This document shows positions 18,425-28,331 of a stretch of DNA of 64,000 bases, in pieces. The stretch is from Chloroflexota bacterium (GTDB taxonomy: Bacteria > Chloroflexota > UBA11872): positions 2,084,239 to 2,148,238 of the forward strand of contig OZ244802.1 of NCBI GenBank assembly GCA_965220135.1, in the 5' to 3' direction. Each line of letters starts with the position of its first letter. Position 1 is the first letter of the stretch. The notes under the pieces were generated by a model. That model was given only the letters and a program-made list of their open reading frames with translations, was not told the DNA's origin and searched no databases. The translations under genes and the position numbers were made by a program.

Positions 18425-18820
18425 TCACAGAGAAACGGCGCGGATCCTGCTGCCTCTCTCGACTCGATACACGTAGGGCGGATCCGTGTCTTGAACGCAC
18501 TTGATCATCCGGGGAAGCGCCCACAGGAACACACGGGCTGTCTGCCAGGCCAGCGCATTCGCTCCCCAGAGATAGAAGACGGCGGCCTTGTGCTGGCGAA
18601 TCGCCTCCTGCGTGGCCGCCACGCGAAGAAAGCGCTAGTCCTGCGTGACCACGATCCAGCCGTCCTGCGCCACAGGCCGCATCCACTGATCATCCAGCAG
18701 CGTCGCCCGGTCCAGGCCAAAGACCTCCTGGTGATAGCGAATCTCGACGGGGAAGCGCTTGAACGCCCGCAAGGTCCGAGGGACTTGTATGCCCACGCAG
18801 CGATCGAAGAAAAAGGTCAC
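18425..18820 (-). pseudogene. VapC45-like PIN/Mut7-C (DUF5615-type) toxin gene interrupted by an in-frame amber codon
   Basis: The two short ORFs (18635..18820 and 18425..18622) are one reading frame split by TAG at 18635-18637: ...QDGWIVVTQD*RFLRVAATQEAIRQHKAAVFYLWG.... This resembles DUF5615 (IIVTQDxDF...). Confidence 0.5.
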
Positions 18821-19551
18821 GCAGCCCTGAGTTTCAGATCCTCGAACTCCAGACCGGCGATTACTTCGTGCTCCTCAAGGCCAAAGTCGTCGCCGATCTC
18901 AGAAACTGACTCGCCAGCCAGCACTCGCCCACGGATAGCCCACGTCGGAATCCCGTGCACGCTCGGGGCCCCAAATGAGATGCGCGGATCAATTTGCACC
19001 GGCGAATTCCGGCCCGCCACATGCCAGCGGAGCGCCAGACCGTGCTCGTAGTCGAATGTATGGAACTTCTCGCCAAGCAGACCGGCCCAGGCCAGTTGCC
19101 CGTGCTCATCGCCGATGACGACCTCCGTGAAGTCCGCAAGCTCCTGTCGGGCGCCCCATTCCCGCAGAACCCGGGTGCCTTCCGTGAAGAACTGCTGGGT
19201 GGCGAACGGATATTCCGTCTGGAACAGCACTTGGAAGTATGCGCGCGCCTCCCGCAGATTCCGCAGTCGGACGCCATAGCTCCGAAACGCGGCGACGAAT
19301 GCCACTTCCACAGCCTCGAAGTAGTTCAGCCGTTCCCCGGCCTTACGGCCAGGCAGTGCCGGCCCGTGCGTCGCACCACCCCGAAACCAGGAGCCAACGG
19401 TCTGCGGCTTGGCCTGCGCGTAGCGCCCCGCCTCAGCCACGGTATAGGTGGGAAGCGTGAGCCGCCTGCGCCAGAGGTCTGACCCCTCCAGCAACCCAGG
19501 TGGTCGATCCAGAGACGCCGCCACGCGCGGCTGGTCCGAGACTGACACCAC
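18817..19551 (-). CDS. DUF433-domain protein (VapB45-like antitoxin-type) with an N-terminal extension
   Basis: The C-terminal PRISFGAPSVHGIPTWAIRGRVLAGESVSEIGDDFGLEEHEVIAGLEF matches the DUF433 pattern. It overlaps the downstream toxin-like pseudogene by 4 nt. Confidence 0.55.
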   Translation of the reverse strand: MVSVSDQPRVAASLDRPPGLLEGSDLWRRRLTLPTYTVAEAGRYAQAKPQTVGSWFRGGATHGPALPGRKAGERLNYFEAVEVAFVAAFRSYGVRLRNLREARAYFQVLFQTEYPFATQQFFTEGTRVLREWGARQELADFTEVVIGDEHGQLAWAGLLGEKFHTFDYEHGLALRWHVAGRNSPVQIDPRISFGAPSVHGIPTWAIRGRVLAGESVSEIGDDFGLEEHEVIAGLEFEDLKLRAA

Positions 19552-19940
19552 GCTCCACGATCCTTCGCTACAACCCCTGCCGCCAACCCCAGACTACTCC
19601 CTCGGCATCCCGGCGTTCCCGCCTGAATCCACGCAGGGGCAATAGCACTAGACGCTCCCCGCTTGACCTCAAAGTTGTTGACATCAACCTGACGACCGAC
19701 GAGATCGTGGACCTGGTGCGTGAAGGCTAGGAACGCAGCGGCTGAGGCTAGCCCCTGAGCACAACCACTTCGCCCCCCAAGGAACCCGTGGACCTTTGCA
19801 GGTGCAATACGAGGCTGATCGCCGCACGTGTCACTTGAAATGCCAAGGAGTCGTCCTGTAACGAATTACCTCGGTTCATTTTCGGAGCATGGGTAATGCC
19901 TCTTTTCAATGAGGCGCACTGACGTGAGGCGCTCATCAGA

Positions 19941-20075
19941 ATGCGGCGTCGGGCCAACGGTCAAACACTCGCGGACGTAGCGTCGGAACTCGGCGTCAGC
20001 CAGCCGTTTCTTTCGAAGCTTGAGCGTGGCGAGGTTGTGACGTCGTCGGTTCTCGAGGATCTCGTCGAGGAGTAG
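19941..20075 (+). CDS. mini HTH (XRE-like) ORF, 44 aa, possibly a truncated regulator
   Basis: ATG at 19941: MRRRANGQTLADVASELGVSQPFLSKLERGEVVTSSVLEDLVEE*. This matches helix-turn-helix helices 2-3 (GxSQxxxSKxERGE). It is too short for the track. Confidence 0.3.
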   Translation: MRRRANGQTLADVASELGVSQPFLSKLERGEVVTSSVLEDLVEE

Positions 20076-20218
20076 GATCTAGCCGACTGCAGAATGCAGG
20101 TGCGGATCAGTGAGTCTGGTCGGCTGACGGCCACGTTGACTGAGGTGCATCTAGTAGCGCGAGCAAACTGAACGTTCGCACTTACTACATTCACTAAGGC
20201 CCCGGCCCCAATAACCCG

Positions 20219-21547
20219 CTACAGCAAGAGGTACGGCTGTTCGATCAACTCCCGGATGCGGGCGAGGAAGCGGGCGGCGGGGGCGCCGTCGATGATGCGG
20301 TGGTCGAAGGTGAGGCTGAGGGTCATGGAAAGTTCGGCGCTCACCTCGCCGTCGCGGGCCACGGCCTTCTCGCGCAGCGCGCCAACGCCCAGGATGGCCG
20401 ATTCGGGCGGGTTGAGCACCGGCGTGAAGGCGTCAATGCCGTAGACGCCCAGGTTGGAGATGGTGAAGGTGCCGCCGGTGATGTCGTCCAGGTCCAGGCG
20501 ATTGCCTTGGGCACGGTCAACCAGGCCGCGCAGGTCTCCGGCGATTTCCACCAGCGACTTGCGGTCGGCCTGCTTGACGTTGGCGACCACCAGGTCGCCG
20601 CCGGCCTCGATGGCCAGGCCCACGTTGACCACGTCGTGCAGGCGAATGGCGTCGTCTTCCAGGCTGGAGTTGGCGCGCGGGTGTTCGCGCAGCGCGTGGG
20701 CGCAGATGCGGATCAGCAGGTCGTTGTAGCTGATGCGGAAGCCAAGGGTCGACTCATGACGACTGGCCAACTCGGTGCGCAGTTCGTGGAAGCGCCGGGC
20801 GTCGGCCTCGGCGACCAGGGTGACCTGGGCACTGCCCTGCAGGCTTTGCTGCATGCGCTCGGCAATAACGCGGCGCACGCCTTCCAGCGGGATGACCTGG
20901 CCGGCGGCCACGTCGGGCGCGGCGGCGGCCGGAGCCAGCGGCGGGGCTGCGGCAACCGGCATGGGCGCGACCGCCGGAGCGGCGGCGGCGGCTGATACGT
21001 CTTTCTCGATGATGCGGCCGCCCGGGCCGGAGCCGACGACGCGTGCAAGGTCAACGCCAAGTTCGCGGGCCACGCGTTTGGCCAGCGGGGAGGCCTTGAT
21101 GCGGCCGGCGACGGCTGGCGCTGTGGCTACCGGCGCGACCGCGGCAGGCTGCGCGGCCACGGGCGCGGGGGCAGCGGCGACCGGAGTGGGTGCTGGCGCG
21201 GGCTGCGGCGCAACCGGCGCGGGGGCCGGTGGCGGAGGCGCTGCCGCAGGCGCCGCTGACGCGGCCGCGGCGGCCGGCGGGTCGGGATCCTCGGCCGGCG
21301 GGGTTTCGCCGGGTTCCAGGATCCAGGCCAGCAGGCCCTGCACTTTCACCAGGTCGCCGGGTCCGGCGGCGATGCCGCCCAGGATGCCGGCGGCCGGCGC
21401 TTCCACGCGGGCGTTGATCTTGTCGGTCTCGAACTCCAGGATTTCCTGGCCCTTCTCAACCTCGGCGCCTTCGTCAACCAGCCACTCGGTGACGGCGCCT
21501 TCTTCCATGGTCATGCCCATCAGGGGCATGCGAACCGCGGTAGCCAC
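20219..21547 (-). CDS. dihydrolipoamide acyltransferase (E2) of a 2-oxo-acid dehydrogenase complex
   Basis: An N-terminal lipoyl domain (EFETDKINARVEAP), Ala/Pro-rich linkers, an E3-binding domain and a C-terminal catalytic domain ending DHRIIDGAPAARFL. Confidence 0.85.
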   Translation of the reverse strand: MATAVRMPLMGMTMEEGAVTEWLVDEGAEVEKGQEILEFETDKINARVEAPAAGILGGIAAGPGDLVKVQGLLAWILEPGETPPAEDPDPPAAAAASAAPAAAPPPPAPAPVAPQPAPAPTPVAAAPAPVAAQPAAVAPVATAPAVAGRIKASPLAKRVARELGVDLARVVGSGPGGRIIEKDVSAAAAAPAVAPMPVAAAPPLAPAAAAPDVAAGQVIPLEGVRRVIAERMQQSLQGSAQVTLVAEADARRFHELRTELASRHESTLGFRISYNDLLIRICAHALREHPRANSSLEDDAIRLHDVVNVGLAIEAGGDLVVANVKQADRKSLVEIAGDLRGLVDRAQGNRLDLDDITGGTFTISNLGVYGIDAFTPVLNPPESAILGVGALREKAVARDGEVSAELSMTLSLTFDHRIIDGAPAARFLARIRELIEQPYLLL

Positions 21548-21550
21548 GGT

Positions 21551-22582
21551 CTAGTACACGCCCTGGAGCGACTGGCGGATGGAGTCCACTACCTGGGCCG
21601 TGCCGGGGAACGAGGCTTGTTCCAGTGGCTCGGAGAACGGGACCGGCGCATGGGCGGCGCCGACGCGCAGCACCGGCGCATCCAGGTCGTCGAAGGCCAG
21701 TTCCTGGATCTGGGAGGCGATCTCGGCACCGAATCCACCGAAACGCACAGCTTCGTAGAGCACCACCGCGCGGTGAGTCTTGCGGACCGAGCGCAGGATG
21801 GTGTCGGTGTCCAGCGGGTAGAGCGAACGGATGTCAACCACTTCGACGCTTATGCCCTCGGCCGCCAACTGCTCGGCGGCCTCGAGAGCGTGGTGGGTCT
21901 GGCGCGCGTAGGTAATGACGCTCACGTCGTCGCCTTCGCGCTTCACGTCGGCCACGCCGATGGGAACCAGGTACTCGCCTTCGGGCACGTGGCCGCGCAT
22001 GGCGTAGATGGCCTTGTGCTCGAACATGATCACCACGTTGTCTTCGCGAATGGCCGACTTCAGCAGACCCTTGGCGTCGTACGGGGTCGAGGCGGTGATG
22101 ACCTTCAGGCCGGGCACGTGGGCAAACCAGGCTTCCAGGCTCTGGGTGTGCTGCGCCGCGTTGCCGGTCCCGGCGCCGAAGGGCGCGCGGTAGGTGAGGG
22201 GCAACTTGGCCTTGCCGCCGAACATGTAGCGATTCTTCGCGGCCTGGTTAACGATCTGGTCCATCGCGATGCCCATGAAGTCGCTGTACATGAACTCGGC
22301 GATGGGCCGGCTGCCGGTGAGGGCCGCGCCGATGCCAAGGCCGGCAATGGCGGCTTCGGCGATCGGGGTGTCGACGATGCGGTCGGGGCCCCACTTTTCG
22401 AGCAGACCCTGGGTCACGGCGTAGGCGCCGCCCCAGACACCGACTTCCTCACCGACCACGAAGACGGTCGGGTCGCGGGTCATCTCCTCGTCGATGGCCT
22501 CGCGCAGGGCCTCGCTCATGAAGATCTCGCGCGTGGCGGTTTCCGGCGCGGACGCTTGGGCTGTGGTGACTGCCATGCTCAC
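21551..22582 (-). CDS. 2-oxo-acid dehydrogenase E1 component beta subunit (transketolase-like)
   Basis: 343 aa with Transket_pyr and Transketolase_C patterns. It lies immediately upstream of E2, with a 4-nt gap. Confidence 0.85.
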   Translation of the reverse strand: MSMAVTTAQASAPETATREIFMSEALREAIDEEMTRDPTVFVVGEEVGVWGGAYAVTQGLLEKWGPDRIVDTPIAEAAIAGLGIGAALTGSRPIAEFMYSDFMGIAMDQIVNQAAKNRYMFGGKAKLPLTYRAPFGAGTGNAAQHTQSLEAWFAHVPGLKVITASTPYDAKGLLKSAIREDNVVIMFEHKAIYAMRGHVPEGEYLVPIGVADVKREGDDVSVITYARQTHHALEAAEQLAAEGISVEVVDIRSLYPLDTDTILRSVRKTHRAVVLYEAVRFGGFGAEIASQIQELAFDDLDAPVLRVGAAHAPVPFSEPLEQASFPGTAQVVDSIRQSLQGVY

Positions 22583-23610
22583 TACTCCACGTAGACGTCG
22601 CGCTCGATAACGTCCACGGTCGGCCAGGGACTGGCCTCGGCGAACGCCACGGCGTGTTCGATTTCACGCTCGATCTGCCCGTCGATCGCCTGGAAGTCGT
22701 CCTCGTCGAGCCGCTCGGATTCGTTGACGGCGCGGACGAAGCGCTCGATGGGATCGCGGGCGACCCATTCGGCGATTTCTTCCTTCGTTCGGTAATTCTT
22801 CTGGTCAAGGACCGTGTGGCCCTTGTGGCGGTACGTGCGGGATTCGATGAGGGTGGGGCCTTCGCCGCGGCGGGCGCGGTCGATGGCTTTCTTGGCGGTG
22901 GCGTAGACCTCGAAGAGGTCGTTGCCGTCGATGGAGGCGCTGGGGATGCCGTAGGCCGGGCCGCGGTTGTGGATGGCGGCGGCGTTGGCGAAGTCGGCGT
23001 GGGTGGCCATGCCGTACTGGTTGTTCTCGCAGACGAAGACGGCCGGCAGGTTCATGGTGGCGGCGACGTTGACACCCTCGTGGAAGGCGCCGGTTGGGCC
23101 GGCGCCGTCGCCGAAGAAGGCGATGGTGACCTTGCCGTCCTTGCGGAGCTTGGAGCCAAGAGCCGCGCCGGTGGCGATGGGGATGCCGGCGCCGACGATG
23201 CCGTTGGCGCCCAGGTTGCCGAGCTCGATGTCGGCGATGTGCATGGAGCCGCCCTTGCCGCCGCAGTAGCCGGTGGTGCGGCCAAAGAGTTCGGCCATCA
23301 TCTTGTCCATGCGCGCGCCCTTGGCGATGCAGTGGCCGTGGCCGCGGTGGGTGCTGGTGATGAAGTCGCCGTCGTCCAGGGCGGCGCAGACGCCGGTGGC
23401 GGTGGCTTCCTCGCCGATGTAGAAGTGCAGCGCCCCGCGCATCTTGGCGGCGCGGAAGGCTTCTTCGGCGGTTTCTTCAAAGCGGCGGATGCGCCGCATG
23501 ATGAGATAAATCCAGCGGAGCTGGTCGTCGCTAAGCTGCTCCAACACGCCGTTGGAAGCGTCGTCGCCCCCAGCGCGGCCGTTGGTGGAGACAGGTGATT
23601 GCTCTGCCAA
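22582..23610 (-). CDS. 2-oxo-acid dehydrogenase E1 component alpha subunit (TPP-dependent)
   Basis: 342 aa with an E1_dh TPP-binding region (GDGAGPTGAFHEGVNVAATMNLP). Its stop overlaps the E1beta start. Confidence 0.85.
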   Translation of the reverse strand: MAEQSPVSTNGRAGGDDASNGVLEQLSDDQLRWIYLIMRRIRRFEETAEEAFRAAKMRGALHFYIGEEATATGVCAALDDGDFITSTHRGHGHCIAKGARMDKMMAELFGRTTGYCGGKGGSMHIADIELGNLGANGIVGAGIPIATGAALGSKLRKDGKVTIAFFGDGAGPTGAFHEGVNVAATMNLPAVFVCENNQYGMATHADFANAAAIHNRGPAYGIPSASIDGNDLFEVYATAKKAIDRARRGEGPTLIESRTYRHKGHTVLDQKNYRTKEEIAEWVARDPIERFVRAVNESERLDEDDFQAIDGQIEREIEHAVAFAEASPWPTVDVIERDVYVE

Positions 23611-23860
23611 GGCGCGCCTCCGTGTGCGAGCGGGCGGAATGGTGCCGCAGCCGCCGGGCCGTACCGGTTCAGGTGACCGGCGCCAGAGTATATCCGGGCG
23701 TCACCGGGATTCGCTGCGACTGTCACAGGCAAACGGAGCCCGGGACGACCTGGGAAGTCAGCGATCGGCAGGGCGTCTGCCATCGCCGCGCGAGCGTTCC
23801 CGGGGAGCGCCTGGCGGACCACCACTAGACTAGGCGCGGTCGCTTCCCGAGATTGGCTGC

Positions 23861-24883
23861 GTGAATAAAGTTGCCGTCGTCGGCTCCGGCAGTTGGGGCA
23901 CAACCCTTGCGATCCTGCTTTCTGAAGCCGGCGAACGCTGCGCGCTCTGGGTTCGTGATCCCGACGAGGCCCACGACATGGCCGCTCGTCGCGAGAATAT
24001 TCGCTTCCTGCCCGGGGTCACGCTGCCCGACACCCTGGAAATCAGCCACCACGCCGCCACGGTCCTGCGCGACGCCGATCTCGTCCTTGTCACCGTGCCC
24101 ATGCGCCAGCTGCATGACAACTGGCAGGCCGTCGCCGGCCACATCGAGCCTTACGCCGCCATTGTCAGCGGTATCAAGGGACTCGATCCGCGGACCGGCC
24201 AACGGGTCAGCGAACTCGTGGCCGGTTGGGCCGGCGACCAGATCCTGGACCGCTTGGCTGTGCTCTCGGGCCCCAACCTCGCCCGCGAAATCGCCGCCGG
24301 CGAACCGGCGACGGCCGTGGTGGCCGGGCGCATCCCGGAGGTTGCCCGTGCGGTGCAGCAGCGGCTCAGTGCGCCGACCTTTCGCACCTATATCAGCGAT
24401 GACGTCATCGGCATTGAACTCGCCGGGGCTGTGAAGAATGTCATAGCCATTGGAGCCGGCGTGGCCGACGGCATGCGCTTCGGCGACAACGCCAAGGCGG
24501 CGCTCATGACTCGCGGCCTGGCGGAAATGACGCGGCTGGGACTCACGGCGGGAGCCGATGCCCTCACCTTCGCCGGCCTGGCGGGCATGGGCGATCTCAT
24601 CGCCACCTGTGCCAGCCCCCACTCGCGCAACCACTATGTGGGCCAGGAGCTGGCTGCGGGTCGGTCGCTGGATGACATTCAATCCCGCATGGTCATGGTC
24701 GCGGAAGGCGTGGAGACCTCCCGAGGCGCCCTCGTGCTGGCGCGCCGCCTTGGGGTGGAAATGCCCATCGTCGAACTCATCAATCAGGCGCTCTTTGACG
24801 GGCTTCCGGTTGCCGAAGCTGGACGGGTGCTCATGGCCCGGGAGCTCAGCCATGAGCTGCGCGGCATCCGCCAGCAGCACTAG
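23861..24883 (+). CDS. gpsA: NAD(P)H-dependent glycerol-3-phosphate dehydrogenase
   Basis: MNKVAVVGSGSWGTTLA Rossmann motif, NLAREIA and GAVKNV, typical of GpsA. Confidence 0.9.
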   Translation: MNKVAVVGSGSWGTTLAILLSEAGERCALWVRDPDEAHDMAARRENIRFLPGVTLPDTLEISHHAATVLRDADLVLVTVPMRQLHDNWQAVAGHIEPYAAIVSGIKGLDPRTGQRVSELVAGWAGDQILDRLAVLSGPNLAREIAAGEPATAVVAGRIPEVARAVQQRLSAPTFRTYISDDVIGIELAGAVKNVIAIGAGVADGMRFGDNAKAALMTRGLAEMTRLGLTAGADALTFAGLAGMGDLIATCASPHSRNHYVGQELAAGRSLDDIQSRMVMVAEGVETSRGALVLARRLGVEMPIVELINQALFDGLPVAEAGRVLMARELSHELRGIRQQH

Positions 24884-24903
24884 GGACAGCTCCACGATCG
24901 GTT

Positions 24904-26112
24904 TTGGCGGAGGCGTCGTGTGCCAGACTCCCCCGTCGGTCCGCGGTCGGAGGTCTGACCATCACTGAATCCGTCGTTGAAACGCTCGCCGGCCTGGTCG
25001 CCATCAACAGCGTCAACGCTAGCCTTGAGGGCGGCCCCGGGGAGGCCGAGCTGGCTCACCACGTCGCCGACCTGGCTCGCGCCGCCGGCGCCGACATCGA
25101 GATGTACGAGGTCGAACCCGGCCGGCCAAACCTGCTGGCCTGGATCCGCCGCGGCAACCGCCCCATCCTCATGTTCGAGTGCCACCTGGACACCGTGGGT
25201 CTGGACCCGATGCCGGACGCCCTGAACCCCCGCATTGCCAACGGCCGGCTCTACGGCCGCGGCTCCGCCGACCCCAAGGGCTGCATGGCCGCCATGCTCC
25301 ACGTCCTTCACGCCGCCGCCAACGACCCGAACTTCCCCGTGGATGTCTGCCTGGCCGGCGCCGTCGGCGAGGAGATCGTCATGATCGGCTCACGCGTCAT
25401 GGCCGAACGGCGCCCGCAGGTCGATGCGGCAGTCGTCGGCGAACCGACCGAGCTGCAGATCATCACGTCCCAGAAGGGCGCCGTCCGCTGGCGCGTGCGA
25501 ACCCACGGCGTGGCGGCCCACAGCGCCATGCCGAAGCAGGGCCACAACGCCATCCAGGACATGGCCAGGGCGCTTCCGGCACTCGCCCGCGGCATCGAGC
25601 CCCACCTCGCCGCCCGCCCGCACCCCGTGCTTGGCAACGCCACCTGGAACGTCGGAACCATCCGCGGCGGCGCCGGAGTCAACGTCGTCCCCGACCTTTG
25701 CGAGATCGAAATCGACCGGCGTCTCGTCCCCGGCGACACCGCCCCGGAGGTGCTGGAGCACGTCGACGCCGCCCTGGACGACCTTCGCGCCAGCGACCCG
25801 CAACTCCGCGTCGACCGCGATCCACCCTTCGTGGACATCCCCCCGCTGGAAACGCCGCACAACGCCGCGGTCGTGCGAGCCGCCCAGCAGGCCGTTGCCG
25901 CCGCCGGTCTGTCGCCCGACCCGCTGGGCGTCGCCTATGCCACCGACGCCGCCATGCTCTCCGAAATCGGCGGCATCCCGTCCGTCGTCCTGGGCCCGGG
26001 CAACATTGCGCAAGCCCACACGAATGACGAGTGGATCGAGATTGACCAACTGGAGCAGGCGGTGGGCGTCTATTTGGGCGTTTGCAAGGCCTTCGGAGAA
26101 ATCGCCGCCTGA
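24904..26112 (+). CDS. M20-family metallopeptidase (ArgE/DapE-like deacylase)
   Basis: HLDTV and GRGSADPKG metal-ligand motifs, with dimerisation and C-terminal GPGN...AHTNDEW. Confidence 0.7.
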   Translation: MAEASCARLPRRSAVGGLTITESVVETLAGLVAINSVNASLEGGPGEAELAHHVADLARAAGADIEMYEVEPGRPNLLAWIRRGNRPILMFECHLDTVGLDPMPDALNPRIANGRLYGRGSADPKGCMAAMLHVLHAAANDPNFPVDVCLAGAVGEEIVMIGSRVMAERRPQVDAAVVGEPTELQIITSQKGAVRWRVRTHGVAAHSAMPKQGHNAIQDMARALPALARGIEPHLAARPHPVLGNATWNVGTIRGGAGVNVVPDLCEIEIDRRLVPGDTAPEVLEHVDAALDDLRASDPQLRVDRDPPFVDIPPLETPHNAAVVRAAQQAVAAAGLSPDPLGVAYATDAAMLSEIGGIPSVVLGPGNIAQAHTNDEWIEIDQLEQAVGVYLGVCKAFGEIAA

Positions 26113-26855
26113 TGCGCCTGACCCGGCGCGTGTACCTGGTCGGCAGCGGCGCCACCGGCGCCGACCTGTCCAACTCCTACGACTGCCACGTCTACCTCGT
26201 CGACGGCGGCGGTCCGCTGGCACTGATCGACGCCGGCGTCGGCCTTGAACCCGAGTTGATCCTGGCCAACGTCCGCGCCGCCGGCTTCGATCCCGCGAAC
26301 ATCGAAACCATCGCCCTCACCCACGCCCACGCCGACCACGGCGGCGGCGCCGGGCCACTGCAGGAGCTCACCGGCGCCGAAGTGCTGGCCCCTGGCCCCG
26401 CCGCGTACTGGCTCCAGCAGGCCGACGAGGAAGCCATCTCGCTCCCCCGCGCCAGGGCCGGCGGCACTTATCCGGCTGACTACCAGTTGGTTCCGTGTCC
26501 GTCGGCCGTCTCAATCTCGGGCGGCGACACGATCACGGTTGGCGAAGCCCGCCTGACCGCCATCGCCACTCCCGGCCACGCCCGCGAGCACCTCTCCTAC
26601 ATGCATGAAGGCGACGACCGCGTGGGTCTCTTTGGCGGCGACGTGGTCTTCCAGGGCGGCAAGATCCTGTTGCTCTCCACCCCCGACTGCTCCATCCAGG
26701 AGTTGGCCGCCACCATGCGTTGCCTGGGCGAACTTGACTTCGAGGCGCTCTATCCGGGGCATGCCGGAATCTCGCTGCGACGCGGCCGCCAACATGTGGA
26801 CGCGTCGCTGCGTGTCTTCGAGGCCGAAGAGATTCCGCCAAACTTCAATGCCTGA
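26082..26855 (+). CDS. MBL-fold metallo-hydrolase
   Basis: THAHADHGGG (HxHxDH) motif. The probable start is ATG at 26111, overlapping the upstream stop (ATGA). Confidence 0.65.
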   Translation: MQGLRRNRRLMRLTRRVYLVGSGATGADLSNSYDCHVYLVDGGGPLALIDAGVGLEPELILANVRAAGFDPANIETIALTHAHADHGGGAGPLQELTGAEVLAPGPAAYWLQQADEEAISLPRARAGGTYPADYQLVPCPSAVSISGGDTITVGEARLTAIATPGHAREHLSYMHEGDDRVGLFGGDVVFQGGKILLLSTPDCSIQELAATMRCLGELDFEALYPGHAGISLRRGRQHVDASLRVFEAEEIPPNFNA

Positions 26856-26921
26856 CGAACCAGGCTTCAAGCGACGCACTCATACAATGCCCGGAATCAC
26901 CCAGTCAGATCGGCGGACCTG

Positions 26922-28331
26922 ATGCCCCTCCAGGCAGACGTTTGTGTGATCGGCGGCGGACCCGGCGGCTACGTGGCGGCCCTCCGCGCCGCAGCTCTGG
27001 ACGCCCAGGTCGTCGTTGTGGAGAACAGCGGCCTCGGCGGCGTCTGCCTCAACCGCGGATGCATCCCATCCAAGGCGTTGCTGCGCAGCGCGGAGGTCTA
27101 TCAACTGGCCAAAAAGGCGTCCAGCTTCGGCGTCCGCGTCAAGGGCGTTGAGGCCGACTACAAGGCGATGGTTCGCCGCAAGGACCGGGTCGTACGTCAG
27201 CTCGGCCGCGGCATCGAAGGGCTCCTGAAGGCCGGCAACGTCACCGTGCTGCAGGGCACAGGGCAGCTCGCGGGCGTCGGCGCCGTGGAGGCGTCGCTGG
27301 CCGACCGCACCGAACTGATCACGGCCAAGTCGATCATTGTGGCCACCGGCTCGTCATCCGCCGCGCCGCCGATTCCCGGCGTTGACCTGCCCGGCGTCAT
27401 CGACAGCGATGGCGCGTTCGAACTCGACGAGGTTCCCGAGCACATCCTGGTGGCCGGCGCCGGAGCCGTCGGTGTCGAGTGGGCCACCCTCTTCGCCCTG
27501 CTTGGCGGTCAGGTCACCCTGGTCGAAATGCTGCCGCGCGTCGTGCCCAACGAGGACGCGGCCGTCAGCGCCGCCATGCGCAAGATCCTGGTCCAGCAAG
27601 GCGTCAAGGTCCACACCGGCACGCGAATCCAATCGATCGAGCAAGCCGACGCGCACCTCCAGGTAACGCTGGCCACCGACGACGATTCCGAGACGGTGCA
27701 AGCCTCGCATGTGCTTTTGGCAACCGGCCGCCGGCCCAACGTGGCGGACATTGGCCTGGAGTCCGCCGGCGTGCGCTTCTCCCCGCGGGGCATCAGCGTC
27801 AACGAGCATCAGCAGACCAGTCAGCCGGACATTTACGCCATCGGCGACGTGAGTGGCGACAAGCTGCTGGCGCATGTGGCGTCCCACCAGGGCGTCGTGG
27901 CCGCCGAGCACGCGCTGGGACGCCCATCCGTCTACGAGCCCAACGCCGTCCCTGCCTGCACCTTCACCCACCCCGAGATCGCCAGCGTAGGTCTTACCGA
28001 GGACGCGGCCAAAGCGGAACGCGGCGACATCCAGGTCGGCATGTTCCCCTTCCAGGCGCTGGGCCGAGCCCGCGCCTACGGCGACACGGACGGCTTTGTG
28101 AAGATCGTGGCCGGCCAGCCGCACGGCGAGATTCTGGGCATGCACGTGATCGGTCCCGGCGCCAGCGACATCATTGCCGAGGGCGTCCTGGCCATTCGCC
28201 TGGAAGCCACCGTGGACGACCTGCGCGAGACGATCCACGCGCATCCCACCTTCGCCGAAGCCACCGCCGAGTCGGCCTGGCAGGCAATCAATGCCCCCAT
28301 CCACCTCCCCCTGCCCCGGAACGGACGCTGA
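26922..28331 (+). CDS. lpdA: dihydrolipoyl dehydrogenase (E3)
   Basis: GGGPGGY FAD motif, redox-disulfide GGVCLNRGCIPSK, NAD-binding GAGAVGVE and a C-terminal dimerisation domain. Confidence 0.9.
   Translation: MPLQADVCVIGGGPGGYVAALRAAALDAQVVVVENSGLGGVCLNRGCIPSKALLRSAEVYQLAKKASSFGVRVKGVEADYKAMVRRKDRVVRQLGRGIEGLLKAGNVTVLQGTGQLAGVGAVEASLADRTELITAKSIIVATGSSSAAPPIPGVDLPGVIDSDGAFELDEVPEHILVAGAGAVGVEWATLFALLGGQVTLVEMLPRVVPNEDAAVSAAMRKILVQQGVKVHTGTRIQSIEQADAHLQVTLATDDDSETVQASHVLLATGRRPNVADIGLESAGVRFSPRGISVNEHQQTSQPDIYAIGDVSGDKLLAHVASHQGVVAAEHALGRPSVYEPNAVPACTFTHPEIASVGLTEDAAKAERGDIQVGMFPFQALGRARAYGDTDGFVKIVAGQPHGEILGMHVIGPGASDIIAEGVLAIRLEATVDDLRETIHAHPTFAEATAESAWQAINAPIHLPLPRNGR

Noticed and set aside
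27479-28327. N-terminal 280 codons of the 560-aa + strand ORF that overlap lpd.
   Set aside because: Out-of-frame overlap with the well-supported lpd gene. Only the part after the lpd stop shows NadX homology, so only that part is called as a gene.
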